Part shown: positions 9,794-19,320 of the stretch, in pieces
How positions within the stretch are numbered: position 1 is the stretch's first letter
Layout: each line of letters starts with the position of its first letter
Assembly: GCA_036918135.1 (NCBI GenBank)
Contig: JBALDB010000031.1
Location: 32,001 to 96,000, forward strand
From: Nostoc sp.
GTDB lineage: Bacteria > Cyanobacteriota > Cyanobacteriia > Cyanobacteriales > Nostocaceae
Direction: 5' to 3'
DNA: 64,000 bases
Program-made: the position numbers and the translations under genes
The notes under the pieces: generated by a model
Told to the model about the DNA's origin: nothing
The model's input: only the letters and a program-made list of their open reading frames with translations
The model's database searches: none

Positions 9794-12382
9794 TTAAGTT
9801 TTGACCATAATCACTGTACAATTACTTTTGCGAGAAATATTTTCGGCAATATTTCCTTGAATCGCTTGTTGCAGTAGACTTTCACGGCTAGCTCCCAGAA
9901 CAATCACATCACTGTTGTTTTGTTCGGCACACTTAAGGACAGCCTCAGAAACAGAATTGGCACTAACTGGAGTTGCCATCACTTTACCACTAACTCGACG
10001 TTGGAGAAAGCGAACAGATTTATCTAGTAATGTTGTATCAGGAATAGAATCAGTAGGCTGGAAAACCTGACATAGCTTGATTTGGGGCGATGTACTCAAA
10101 GAAGCAAGAGCAGGTAATAACTGAATTGCTTGCTTGGAGTTAGGGCCGCCTGCCATTGGCAGCAACCAACGGTCAAAGGTTCTTTTATCATCGAATTTAG
10201 CCAAGACAACATCACAAGGAGCTTGGCGAATTACAGTATCTACCACTCGGCTGAAAACTCTACCAGGAGTCGATGTACTACCTTTCCAACCCATCAATAC
10301 TAAGTCAATATGTCGTTCTTTCACAGTCTCCAAAATTGCCCCCGCGACATTATGGGCAACTCGGATTTGAGTGTGAACGGGAATCCGCAAATTTTCTCCT
10401 AACAGTATTGCTTGTTGCAAAAGTTGAAGACTTTTGCTGATTTGTACTGGTGTTTCAGAAGGAATGCGGCTAGACGGAACGATAATCACTTGCAGGCATT
10501 CTATTTCGTAATTGCGATCTTTGGCGATCGCAGCTGCCATTGATAATAAAGTTTGGGCTGTCTGTGGATGTGAAAGTGTTACTAGCAACCTGCCTTTACC
10601 TGTAGCCGGAGCGCGAGTTTGGTAAACCACATAAGAAGGTGCTGATTTCGGTTCTGCTTGTTGAGTATTACCACTCAGTCGCTCTGCTTCTACACGGATA
10701 ATATCACTACGGGTGATAATTCCTACTAGCTTGCGACCTTCTGTAACAGGCAAGCAGCTCAGGTGGTAACGATTGAGTATATGCAGCACATGGACCAGTG
10801 TAGCTGTGGGACTTACTGTTACTGGCTCTGGTGTCATAATATCGCTGATAGTTGTATCTCCACCTAACTGCTGAGAGGCAATATCAATTAAATCTTTTTG
10901 AGTGACAATGCCAACAACTTTGCCATTTTCTAAAATTGGGAAGTTGCGATGGTGGGAATGGGAAAATGCTTGTACTGCTTCATCAATGCTCATCTGGCTA
11001 GATAGAGTTTCAACACGTCGCTGCATCACATCTGCGGCAGTTAATTGTGCTAAAAGTCCCTCTGTAGTTGGCTCTTTGGTAATCTGAATCCCTTTCCACT
11101 CTAGTAGCAGGTCGTAGAGCGATCGCCGGTCAATTTTTTCTGCTACTAAATAGGAAACTACAGACACAATCATTAATGGTAGCACCAGGTTGAAATCTGT
11201 AGTCATCTCAAACACAATGATGACTGCTGTAACTGGTACTTTAGAGACAGCGCTAAAAAATGCAGCCATGCCTACATGAGCATAAGTTGTTGCAGCACTC
11301 ATTCCCAGTAAACTATGTTCAACAGCACCCACTAAGTAACCAAGGGCAGCTCCCAAGACTAAAGTTGGAACTAGTAAACCTCCTGGTGCTCCAGAGCCAT
11401 AAGTTAAAAGAATTAAGGTAAATTGGACTAAAAGAGCGATCGCTGCAAATAGCCAGTTGGCTTCACCTAGAAGGAGAATCTCTCTCAGCCCAGCATTATT
11501 GCGAAATGCCACGGGTAATAGAGCTATTACAACACCAGTGACTAATCCAACAATTCCAATTCGCCAAGGTAAACTTAGACTTAGCACGCGACGGTTAATT
11601 GCTAGACTGGCAATCACACCTTTGTTAAATAAAATGCCTAATAGCCCAGCCAGTACTCCCAAAATCAAGTAGAAGGGAATTTCCTGAGCGAAGAAGGTTG
11701 TATGTGTAACTGCTAAATTTAGGTTCAAATCTAAGCTATGACTGCCATAGAGTCGGGAAATGACTGAAGCGATAAAAGAAGCCAAAATCGCAGTACCAAG
11801 AGTAATACCTGACACATCTTGGAGTAGTTCTTCAATTACAAACAGTACACCTGCGATCGGTGCATTAAAAGCCGCAGCTAACCCAGCCCCAGCTCCGGCG
11901 GCGATGAGTTGACGACGGTGTTCTGGGGATGTCGGCACCCAATTACTGAGTTGATTTGCCAAAGCGGCTCCAATCTGCACAGTTGGCCCTTCCCGCCCTA
12001 AAGGCATTCCAGAACCCAGCACTAAAGTAGCACTGACTAGCTTTACCAACGCAATCCGCAGATTTAATGGCATAGGCACGCGAGCCAATACTGCTTTTAC
12101 TTCAGACATCCCACTACCTGATGCTTCAGGTGCAAAGCGCTCTACTAAAGCGCCAGCTAAAATTCCCCCTATTAATCCAATACCTGGTAGCACCAAGTAG
12201 GCAGGCCATAGATAAGAAACATGCACTCGCCATGCACCTGCCCAGTCCACTGCCTGTCCTAACAAAACTGCCGCTAGTCCAGAAACTAAACCAATCAGGC
12301 AAGCTTCAAAAAAAGCCAAGCGCTTAGGTTGAAGTAACTGACGCCAAAGCCTCAACCAGAGAATTTTACTCCTAACAAACAT
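9794..12382 (-). CDS. ClC chloride channel/antiporter with a CBS pair and C-terminal universal-stress (USP) domains
   Basis: GSGMSE, GREGP, AAFNAPIAG and FEMTTDF motifs, two CBS repeats, and USP-like segments IDLVLMGW and SDVIVLGAS. Confidence 0.92.
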   Translation of the reverse strand: MFVRSKILWLRLWRQLLQPKRLAFFEACLIGLVSGLAAVLLGQAVDWAGAWRVHVSYLWPAYLVLPGIGLIGGILAGALVERFAPEASGSGMSEVKAVLARVPMPLNLRIALVKLVSATLVLGSGMPLGREGPTVQIGAALANQLSNWVPTSPEHRRQLIAAGAGAGLAAAFNAPIAGVLFVIEELLQDVSGITLGTAILASFIASVISRLYGSHSLDLNLNLAVTHTTFFAQEIPFYLILGVLAGLLGILFNKGVIASLAINRRVLSLSLPWRIGIVGLVTGVVIALLPVAFRNNAGLREILLLGEANWLFAAIALLVQFTLILLTYGSGAPGGLLVPTLVLGAALGYLVGAVEHSLLGMSAATTYAHVGMAAFFSAVSKVPVTAVIIVFEMTTDFNLVLPLMIVSVVSYLVAEKIDRRSLYDLLLEWKGIQITKEPTTEGLLAQLTAADVMQRRVETLSSQMSIDEAVQAFSHSHHRNFPILENGKVVGIVTQKDLIDIASQQLGGDTTISDIMTPEPVTVSPTATLVHVLHILNRYHLSCLPVTEGRKLVGIITRSDIIRVEAERLSGNTQQAEPKSAPSYVVYQTRAPATGKGRLLVTLSHPQTAQTLLSMAAAIAKDRNYEIECLQVIIVPSSRIPSETPVQISKSLQLLQQAILLGENLRIPVHTQIRVAHNVAGAILETVKERHIDLVLMGWKGSTSTPGRVFSRVVDTVIRQAPCDVVLAKFDDKRTFDRWLLPMAGGPNSKQAIQLLPALASLSTSPQIKLCQVFQPTDSIPDTTLLDKSVRFLQRRVSGKVMATPVSANSVSEAVLKCAEQNNSDVIVLGASRESLLQQAIQGNIAENISRKSNCTVIMVKT

Positions 12383-12470
12383 ATTTTTAGCGATCGCTTA
12401 TCGTAGGTGAAGGTATATAAATGTCTAAAATGTCTTACCGTTCGCCCTATCTATAGCCTTTCATCAGAAA

Positions 12471-12487
12471 ATGAAATCAGAATGAAA
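12471..12487 (-). promoter_or_regulatory. TTTCAT-N5-TTTCAT direct repeat (OmpR-family, CopR-type binding-site pattern) upstream of the ClC gene
   Basis: The minus strand reads TTTCAT TCTGA TTTCAT, about 90 bp upstream of the ClC start. Confidence 0.5.
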
Positions 12488-12546
12488 TTTTTCTCTACCA
12501 AAAGATAGGTATGTACGGTAGCTGTAGCGATCGCGCCCCTTGGGCG

Positions 12547-12730
12547 GTCTCAAGAAACAAGATAGGAGACAATACTTTGCTCTAACGCTGATAGCTCTAT
12601 CGGTGGTTGCCAATTTCCTGGTCGCATACGTACATTTTCAGCTTTCTATGCACATTTATTACTTGAATCTACCTCACTTCAGGTTACACCTCTCCTTGAG
12701 ACTTTGTTAAATCTCGCTCAAGGAGCGCTT
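12547..12730 (-). mobile_element. Stub of an IS1182-like element (left end plus the first ~20 transposase codons)
   Basis: From ATG 12627 on the minus strand: MRPGNWQPPIELSALEQSIV, then a shifted FLR. This resembles the N-terminus of cyanobacterial IS1182-family transposases; the rest is absent. Confidence 0.55.
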
Positions 12731-12768
12731 GTCACTATATGCCTTGCCTGGTAAGTGTTTTTGCTATT

Positions 12769-13801
12769 TTATTCTCTATTAGCGACTTCACCTTGGACTA
12801 ATTTTTCTTTGTAGTCAATGATTAAACCTGATTTTCTAGCTGTTTTGAGAGCTAATACTTCTTGGGGTAAGAATCTTTCAACTCTTAACTGTTCTTCTGG
12901 GGAAAGCTGCTTCCAAGCTTCATCTTTAACAGCCAGATGCCTGTATATAGCACTTCTAATTTGATAGTAACTGGTGGCTGATTTGAGTTTTTCTGCCAGC
13001 ATTGATACTTCTTCCCCAACTGGCTGTCGTTCTGTAGCGTTACTGATGCTAGTTTGTTCGTTTTGTTTTAGTCTGGAGTTAATTTCTATAATTTTTTCTC
13101 TCTCTGTTGGGGATATTTCTTCTTGTGGTAACATTCCTGACTCAACCACAACCACTTCAGATTTAGCAGTCTCTTCCTGGGGCTGCTCTTTTTCTTGGGA
13201 TTTGATTTTGGCGTGATAGTCTGCGATCGCTTCACGAAGAATTTGCTGGGGGAGTAGCCCATATCCGTCAATCAATTCCTGTGTGAGTACCCCTGTTTGG
13301 TGGTCTTCCTCGTACTGAGGAGGGAACTGACAGTAGCGATCGCCTTTTGGAGTTCTACGCCAAATTGATATCTGCTTTTGTTGTTCCTGCTTTTGGGTTT
13401 TAAGGAGTGCTTTCCTCTGTTCGATTAACTCCAGCACGAGTTCATAAGGTTAATCCCCCAATTGGGTAATCTTGTAGCTGAGTGATAATCGGCTTGTATT
13501 GAAGAGAACATAGTCTGAGAAGTATTGTTACTGAAATCGGTGCTAAGTGTTGAGGACAAGTTGAAAATTCTTGGAAGTTTTTGGCTATTTTGAGCGCTCG
13601 TTTTTCCTCAGAACTTCCTTTGTCCCAACCGTATGTATCGAGCAAGGTTCGGTATTCTTTCTTGCTATAGGTGGTTTTGTATTCGTAGAGTAGGAAAGCG
13701 GCGTGCAAATATTCCAGACTGCTAGTCTCGATATGTGCGGTTGGATTTGGATCTAATTGATGCTTTTGGGAGTAAGAGATTGATGTGATAGTTGCTGGCA
13801 T
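12769..13801 (-). pseudogene. Hypothetical protein split by a 1-bp frameshift near 13445
   Basis: Removing one T from ACC TTA TGA ACT CGT GCT G gives ACC TAT GAA CTC GTG CTG (T-Y-E-L-V-L), joining ORF 13442-13801 to ORF 12769-13437. Confidence 0.7.
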
Positions 13802-13955
13802 GATAAAAAAAGATATTTCTATCGAAGAATTGGAAGCTAGCCTTGATTCTGATAGTTAGGTAATTCGTTGGCCTGTGAAGTGTACCGTTTGGGCGAAGGT
13901 AAAGATATCACCCCAATCAGTCGTCCCAAGTTGTTTCACAATATAGCGAGGTTTT

Positions 13956-14807
13956 ATGGCAGTAAGATTCCTAGAAAACAAAGGCAGTGGCAATATCCTA
14001 GAGATTAGTAGAGCTAGGCTTTTAGAACTTACTCCCAATGTTTATCCCCTTACCTGAGAAGCGATTCTTTCAGGTAAGGGTGATAGTGCAGCTATCTTGG
14101 GTGCAGGTTTTGCTGAACGTGAAGTTTTTTTTGGTTTTGAAGGAGTTGACCTAACGTGCTACCAACTTCCGACAATCGATTGTTACGACATTGCTATTAA
14201 TCCACCAGAAAAGTTTTTAGCTTTACGCAGCCAATACCCAAATCTACAGTTAAATTATTTTTGCGATCGCAATTTAGCAGAACTAAAACTGACAAAACTT
14301 TACGCTCCTGATAGCCTACGGCTAGTTTCAGTTCATGGAGTATTAGATTACTTACAACCAGATGCCGTTTCGAGAACATTAGTTGATATTGTGAAAGTAC
14401 AGCCAGAGACAATATCGATAAGGCTATTTTTAATGGGCAACCCGTGGTCGCGGAATTTTGCAAGTATAGAGCAACTGGCAATGGAATTAAATTCAATTGA
14501 AATTACTACAAGTGGCTTGGTTGAGCCAATTGATTTTGACATATTTTGTTGTACAGGTGTTGTGCAATTAAATATTTTAGATAAGGATAAAATTGAACAT
14601 AATTTGTTACTAAGTTACGGTGCATCTCATGTAATGCCTGATAAATTAGTAGGTTATTTAATTAGTCAAGGATATCAGCTTGTTACAACTGATGTGTACT
14701 CACTTTCTAGTCAAGATTTACAAGGTGATGAATCGGAGAATGACAATAGTAATAAAGATATATCTTTAGATAATCCACACGGAATGCTGTTCTTCTTTAA
14801 AAGATAG
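13956..14807 (+). pseudogene. Class I SAM-methyltransferase-like gene with an in-frame TGA at codon 34
   Basis: ATG 13956 follows GCGAGG and is in frame with ORF 14097-14807. TGA at 14055-14057. Motif I-like AAILGAGFAERE and motif IV-like LVSVHGVLDYL. Confidence 0.55.
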
Positions 14808-15190
14808 AATACTTATCTGAATCGAGCTAATTAATGAAGATGAAATTGTTGACAAGAACAGTTGATAAAATAATGTTCTTGCAAAAATGTAACATTACTT
14901 GAAATTGCTCGAAATAAAAGAATTTAACTATATTAACATTGTAGATAATGTAGTGACGAACTGAATCAAAAAATAAAAAATCCTACAACTATAGTATTTT
15001 TTCTTCCAAGAAGAGGCGTAAAGCAATACTTTTGATTATCGACTTAATCTTTGCAGCGGGTGTTATATTTACTAAGTTTGTGGGAACACTAAGAATACGG
15101 GTTTTGATACCACTATAAAAATATAAGCACAATTATTATACACAAACGATACAGCAAGTGTAGAAAATGACCCGTGTAGCCAGAAGAAAA

Positions 15191-15979
15191 TTAATCAAGG
15201 GGCAAGACTAAGGCGTATGCTTTAGCTGTGAAATTGGGCAAGTCACAAAAGATAGCTTTTGCTGCTCCATTACCACCAGAGCAAGTGTCAAAAAAGTAGC
15301 CAATTGTTCTACTCTCTTTAAGCGTGACTATTCCATCCACATCTAGGCTGGAGGACAAAACTACCAGGGGTACAGCTTTTACTATCTGGTGTTGGATGCT
15401 ATGAATTGCTGTCACTTCAGCACTACTAGTCCACAATGTTTGATATTTTTCAGGAACTTCACCTCCAGTGGAGGTCATAATTTCTTGTTTGTATTTGTTG
15501 ACTTGTACTTGTAGCGCTTTTTGTAGAGGTTCATTTATTTCCACCAGTACGCAAGGTGCTTGGTATTTTGTAACGTATGGTTCTGAAAACGCCACTTCTT
15601 TTTGAAGTTTTGTCACTTCAGCTGCGTACAGAGTCCGCTTACACTCCTGACAAGTTTTCCCTTCAAGCGGTTTTTTGTAGTTACCACAACGCTGATTTTT
15701 ACAAGTCATACCGTAAGTGCGTTTCATCAACCGATAGCCTGTAACAGAATTTGTAATTTCTCCCCAAACAAGAGTTAAACGTAGCCGAGCATCTTTGATT
15801 TTGGTGGAGATAATTTTGGACTCTGCAAGTGTTGAAAGTGGTTGAATATTTAATTCTGATTCAGCTTCAGTAAATAAATCTGTATCTTTACCTAAAAACG
15901 CTAGTAATGCTTCTCCTTTCTCTTCATTTAAACTTTCACTGCGATAAGCTATTAACTCGCCGCTTTCATCTTGCAGCAT
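15191..15979 (-). pseudogene. Internal/C-terminal fragment of a DEAH helicase with DUF1998 (MrfA/Hrq1/DrmB-like)
   Basis: CxxxxC...CxxC, AIHSIQHQIVKAVP and FFDTCSGGNG motifs. Abuts the IS end at its 5' side and lacks the terminal CxC..GCPxC motif. Confidence 0.7.
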
Positions 15980-15982
15980 ATA

Positions 15983-16921
15983 TAGAACCCATTTGACATC
16001 TAAGAAGAGACTGCAAGCCTCTTAAGCATCAGCCGAATAAAACAAAGATTAACTTTGGTAGTCGCATTAGCTAGAGTTCTCTCAAAGTTCTTGACGAGAA
16101 TTTTACATCTGTCCATTCAAGCATTTGAGCGCTCAATCACCCACCTGGCTGCAATCGGAACAAACCCAGATTTACCTTGATCTTTCTTTTCCTGTTTCGA
16201 TGGTTTTGGCGAAAGTTCAAAGGGTGATTTTCGCCATGATTTGGGGATAAACCTTTTCTAACTCCTCCCTGAGATGCTCAGGGTGATAACCGTGGTCTAA
16301 CAGGATGGTGATCTTGGGAATATTAACTGGTTTTGACTTGAAATAATCAATGTTGAGAGTCAATATTTCAATCAAACCCGTATCATCAGATACATTCGCT
16401 TTAGTGCAGTGAGTGAAGAAGGGAAACCCCAAGGTATCAACGGCTAGATGCCTTTTAATGCCATTTGTCGATTTGTAGAAACAATCTCCTTTCGATAATG
16501 TGCTAGCATTACAGGTATTTTTTCCCGCTTGAGAGTCAATGTTCAGCAACGTTGTCCACTTGGCTTTTTTTTAACCTGCTCACGTACTTGAGCGTGTAAA
16601 ATGCTCATCAGTTTGTCGATCGCTCCTTGAGCCCGCCACTGCTTGTAATGCCAATATACCGCCCTTGTAGGGGGGCAAGTCCTTGGGCAAGTCTTCCCAA
16701 TTGCAGCCATTCTTGAGTTGATAGAAGATGCCATCCAAAATTTCTCGCTTTGTCCAGTTAGGTGGTCTCCTCTGCTTCTTAGTTGGTAATATTTGAGCCA
16801 GTAAAGGTTCGAGGATTATCCACTCTTCATCCGTCAGGCTGCTAGAGTATGGCATAACTGCTGGATAGGACTTTTGCAGTAACTTTACTTCAAGGTAGTA
16901 AAAGATGTCAAATGGGTTCTA
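15983..16921 (-). mobile_element. IS5-family insertion sequence, inactive
   Basis: Perfect 21-bp inverted repeat TATAGAACCCATTTGACATCT (15981-16001) / AGATGTCAAATGGGTTCTATA (16903-16923) enclosing a transposase. Confidence 0.92.
16000..16855 (-). pseudogene. IS5-family transposase with several lesions
   Basis: MPYSSSLTDEEW...IDSQ...KRHLAVDTLG...LDHGY...RWVIERSNA*MDRC. A8 slippery run at 16565-16572, extra frameshifts near 16665 and 16220, and TGA at 16117-16119. Confidence 0.9.
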
Positions 16922-17167
16922 TAAAGATTGCAAACTAATTAACTATCAGTGCGATCGTCTTTGTAAAGTCGGTTGATGCTATGAAAATTCAGCATTTTTT
17001 ACCTTTTGGACTTTGAACGAATGGTATAAAGATAACGGCAAACCCTCCGTCAAAGAATTTAATATAACTCAGCTTATCTCACGTAAATGCTATCGATTAA
17101 AGGTAACGCGCCATCCAGATTTTTAGTACGCTAGCGGTAGCGTAGCGCACTAACTCCTAACTTCTAA

Positions 17168-18037
17168 CTACTTGTTCACCACTTGCAAACGCTGAGTTAT
17201 CATCGTCATCCCATTACCCCGCAGGATAACAGCAGAAACCCATTGGCTACCAGGGATGGGTGGTGCTTGTCCTACTTTAAACACTCCACCAGATGTTAAT
17301 AATTGCAAATCCACGGGTGTAGGGTTGAGATATTTATCTGCTCGGATGGGTTCCTCTAGCGCCGTTCCTAATAGAAAATCATCACCCAGTGGTTCTTGAA
17401 CGATCGCATCAAAATTATACTTCTGTCCGACTTTCACTTGCTGTGGTAATTTAATCTCAATTTGGGGCGGGTTGCTGCCAGAGGTAAGTAGCGTGCGTTC
17501 CGACAAAATGTCTTGGCGGAGGATTTTTCCATCGACGATCCGCTGACGCGATTTAATCGTGGCATTCATACCCAAATTATTACTTTTAGCGGAGGGTGAG
17601 CCGATTATCTGGGTTTCTGTTTCTGCGATGATGGCGTTACCTTCAGCTTTTGCAGATAGCAGTTTGGTAGTATATTGCAATTTCGGGTATCTTTGCCAGA
17701 GTGAAACCAGCGACTTTTCCAGAGTTTGGCGATTTAATCCATCGCCATGAGTGAAATTAGGACTGTAAAATTGTAACACGCCTTTGACATCGCCTTTGCT
17801 TGCAGCAGCATCAACTTGTGTTAACAGGTTATTCAATCCGGGTGGTGCATTTTGGGGTGTAGTGGCTTGGACTAATTGCTGTGGTGTACTGGCTTGAGTG
17901 GGTTGCCAAGCACTTGTCAAACCAAGCGTCAGCAGGAACGAAATCAGCCCGATGCTGGTTGATAATCTAAGTTGGCGTCTCAGTAAAATGTTAGTCATTG
18001 GTAAGAGTTGACTGATTTGATTAGAGAAAGTAAGCAA
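17168..18037 (-). CDS. Secreted NTF2/SnoaL-like domain protein
   Basis: Signal peptide, then DAAASKGDVKGVLQFYSPNFTHGDGL (NTF2-like pattern) and a beta-rich C-terminal domain. Confidence 0.7.
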   Translation of the reverse strand: MLTFSNQISQLLPMTNILLRRQLRLSTSIGLISFLLTLGLTSAWQPTQASTPQQLVQATTPQNAPPGLNNLLTQVDAAASKGDVKGVLQFYSPNFTHGDGLNRQTLEKSLVSLWQRYPKLQYTTKLLSAKAEGNAIIAETETQIIGSPSAKSNNLGMNATIKSRQRIVDGKILRQDILSERTLLTSGSNPPQIEIKLPQQVKVGQKYNFDAIVQEPLGDDFLLGTALEEPIRADKYLNPTPVDLQLLTSGGVFKVGQAPPIPGSQWVSAVILRGNGMTMITQRLQVVNK

Positions 18038-18079
18038 ATTGTTTTATCTTAGTTAAGCTAGACGCTAAACGGTAGAGGT

Positions 18080-19156
18080 TTGATGGCAAACGCACCAATC
18101 AAATTATTAATAGCTGCCAGTGGGACTGGTGGACATTTGTTTCCAGCGATCGCACTGGCCGAAAAACTGCCAGATTATCAAATAGAATGGCTGGGAGTAC
18201 CCAATCGCCTAGAAACAGAACTTGTCCCTAAAGAGTATCCTTTGAATACTATTGCAGTTGAAGGTTTTCAGCAAGGGTTTGGTATTTCTTCAATTCGCAT
18301 CTTAGCTAAACTCCTGGGTTCGGTTTTGCAAGTGCGGCGAATTCTCAAACAGGGAAATTTTGAAGGAGTATTGACCACAGGAGGTTATATTGCTGGCCCC
18401 GCCGTTATTGCAGCGCGTTCCCTTGATTTACCAGTGATTTTCCACGAATCTAATGCTTTGCCTGGTAAAGTAACTCGTTTTTTTGGCCCTTGGTGTAGTG
18501 TGGTAGCTTTGGGATTTGAAGTAGCTGCTAAGTATTTACCCAGAGCTAAAAATGTCTGCGTTGGCACTCCTGTAAGAGCGCAATTTTTGGCTGATGGAAT
18601 GAACGCACCGCTGGATTTAGAGATTCCTGATGGTGTTCCTTTGATTGTCGTCTTTGGTGGTAGTCAAGGTGCAGTTGCAATCAATCAGTTGGTACGCGAA
18701 GCCGCAAATGCTTGGTTTGATGCTGGTGCTTATGTAGTACATTTAACTGGCGATCGCGATCCGCAAGCAGATACTCTCAAACATCCACAATACATCGCCT
18801 TACCTTTTTACAACAATATGGCAGCATTGTTGCAAGGAGCAACATTAGCCATTAGTCGTTCTGGTGCAGGTAGCTTGACAGAATTGGCAGTATGTGGGAC
18901 GCCAGCGATTTTAATTCCTTATCCCTTTGCCGCAGAAGACCATCAATCCTACAATGCAGAAGTATTTAGCAAAGCTGGTGCCGCATTAACCCTCAAGCAA
19001 TCACACTTAACAGCACAACAATTGCAAAGTAATGTGTTGAATTTGTTGCACTCACCCCAAGAGTTAGCCAAGATGGGGGAAAAAGCAAAGGCGATCGCAG
19101 TTCCCGATAGTGCCGAAAAGTTAGCGCAGTTAGTACGTGAAGTAGTAGAAATTTAA
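18080..19156 (+). CDS. murG: Undecaprenyl-PP-MurNAc-pentapeptide GlcNAc transferase
   Basis: SGTGGHLFPA, HESNALPG, GGSQGA, SRSGAGS and DHQSYNA motifs. Confidence 0.97.
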   Translation: MMANAPIKLLIAASGTGGHLFPAIALAEKLPDYQIEWLGVPNRLETELVPKEYPLNTIAVEGFQQGFGISSIRILAKLLGSVLQVRRILKQGNFEGVLTTGGYIAGPAVIAARSLDLPVIFHESNALPGKVTRFFGPWCSVVALGFEVAAKYLPRAKNVCVGTPVRAQFLADGMNAPLDLEIPDGVPLIVVFGGSQGAVAINQLVREAANAWFDAGAYVVHLTGDRDPQADTLKHPQYIALPFYNNMAALLQGATLAISRSGAGSLTELAVCGTPAILIPYPFAAEDHQSYNAEVFSKAGAALTLKQSHLTAQQLQSNVLNLLHSPQELAKMGEKAKAIAVPDSAEKLAQLVREVVEI

Positions 19157-19320
19157 AAGATTCAAAATTCCACGTTGAAGATAGTAACAGAAAAACAGAA
19201 TTTATTTTCTGGCTGATGAATATTTTATACCAATTAAAAAAATAATTGCGATAGATAAATTGCTAAAAAGCTGATTTACTAGCTCTTGGATAATTCAAGA
19301 TTTAAAATTCCAAACCCAAA

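Noticed and set aside
14055..14080. Selenocysteine codon with SECIS
   Set aside because: The UGA is inside the stem rather than upstream of it, the context is not a redox motif, and Sec machinery is not expected in this lineage. Kept only as a hairpin-associated stop.
13956..15979. DISARM-like defence system
   Set aside because: Only a DUF1998 fragment is present. The adjacent gene lacks DNA-methyltransferase motifs (DPPY/NPPY or PC) and is convergent.
15981..16923. TA target-site duplication for the IS5 element
   Set aside because: TA/TATA is part of the palindromic ends and the two flanks do not rejoin into one gene, so a true duplication cannot be shown.
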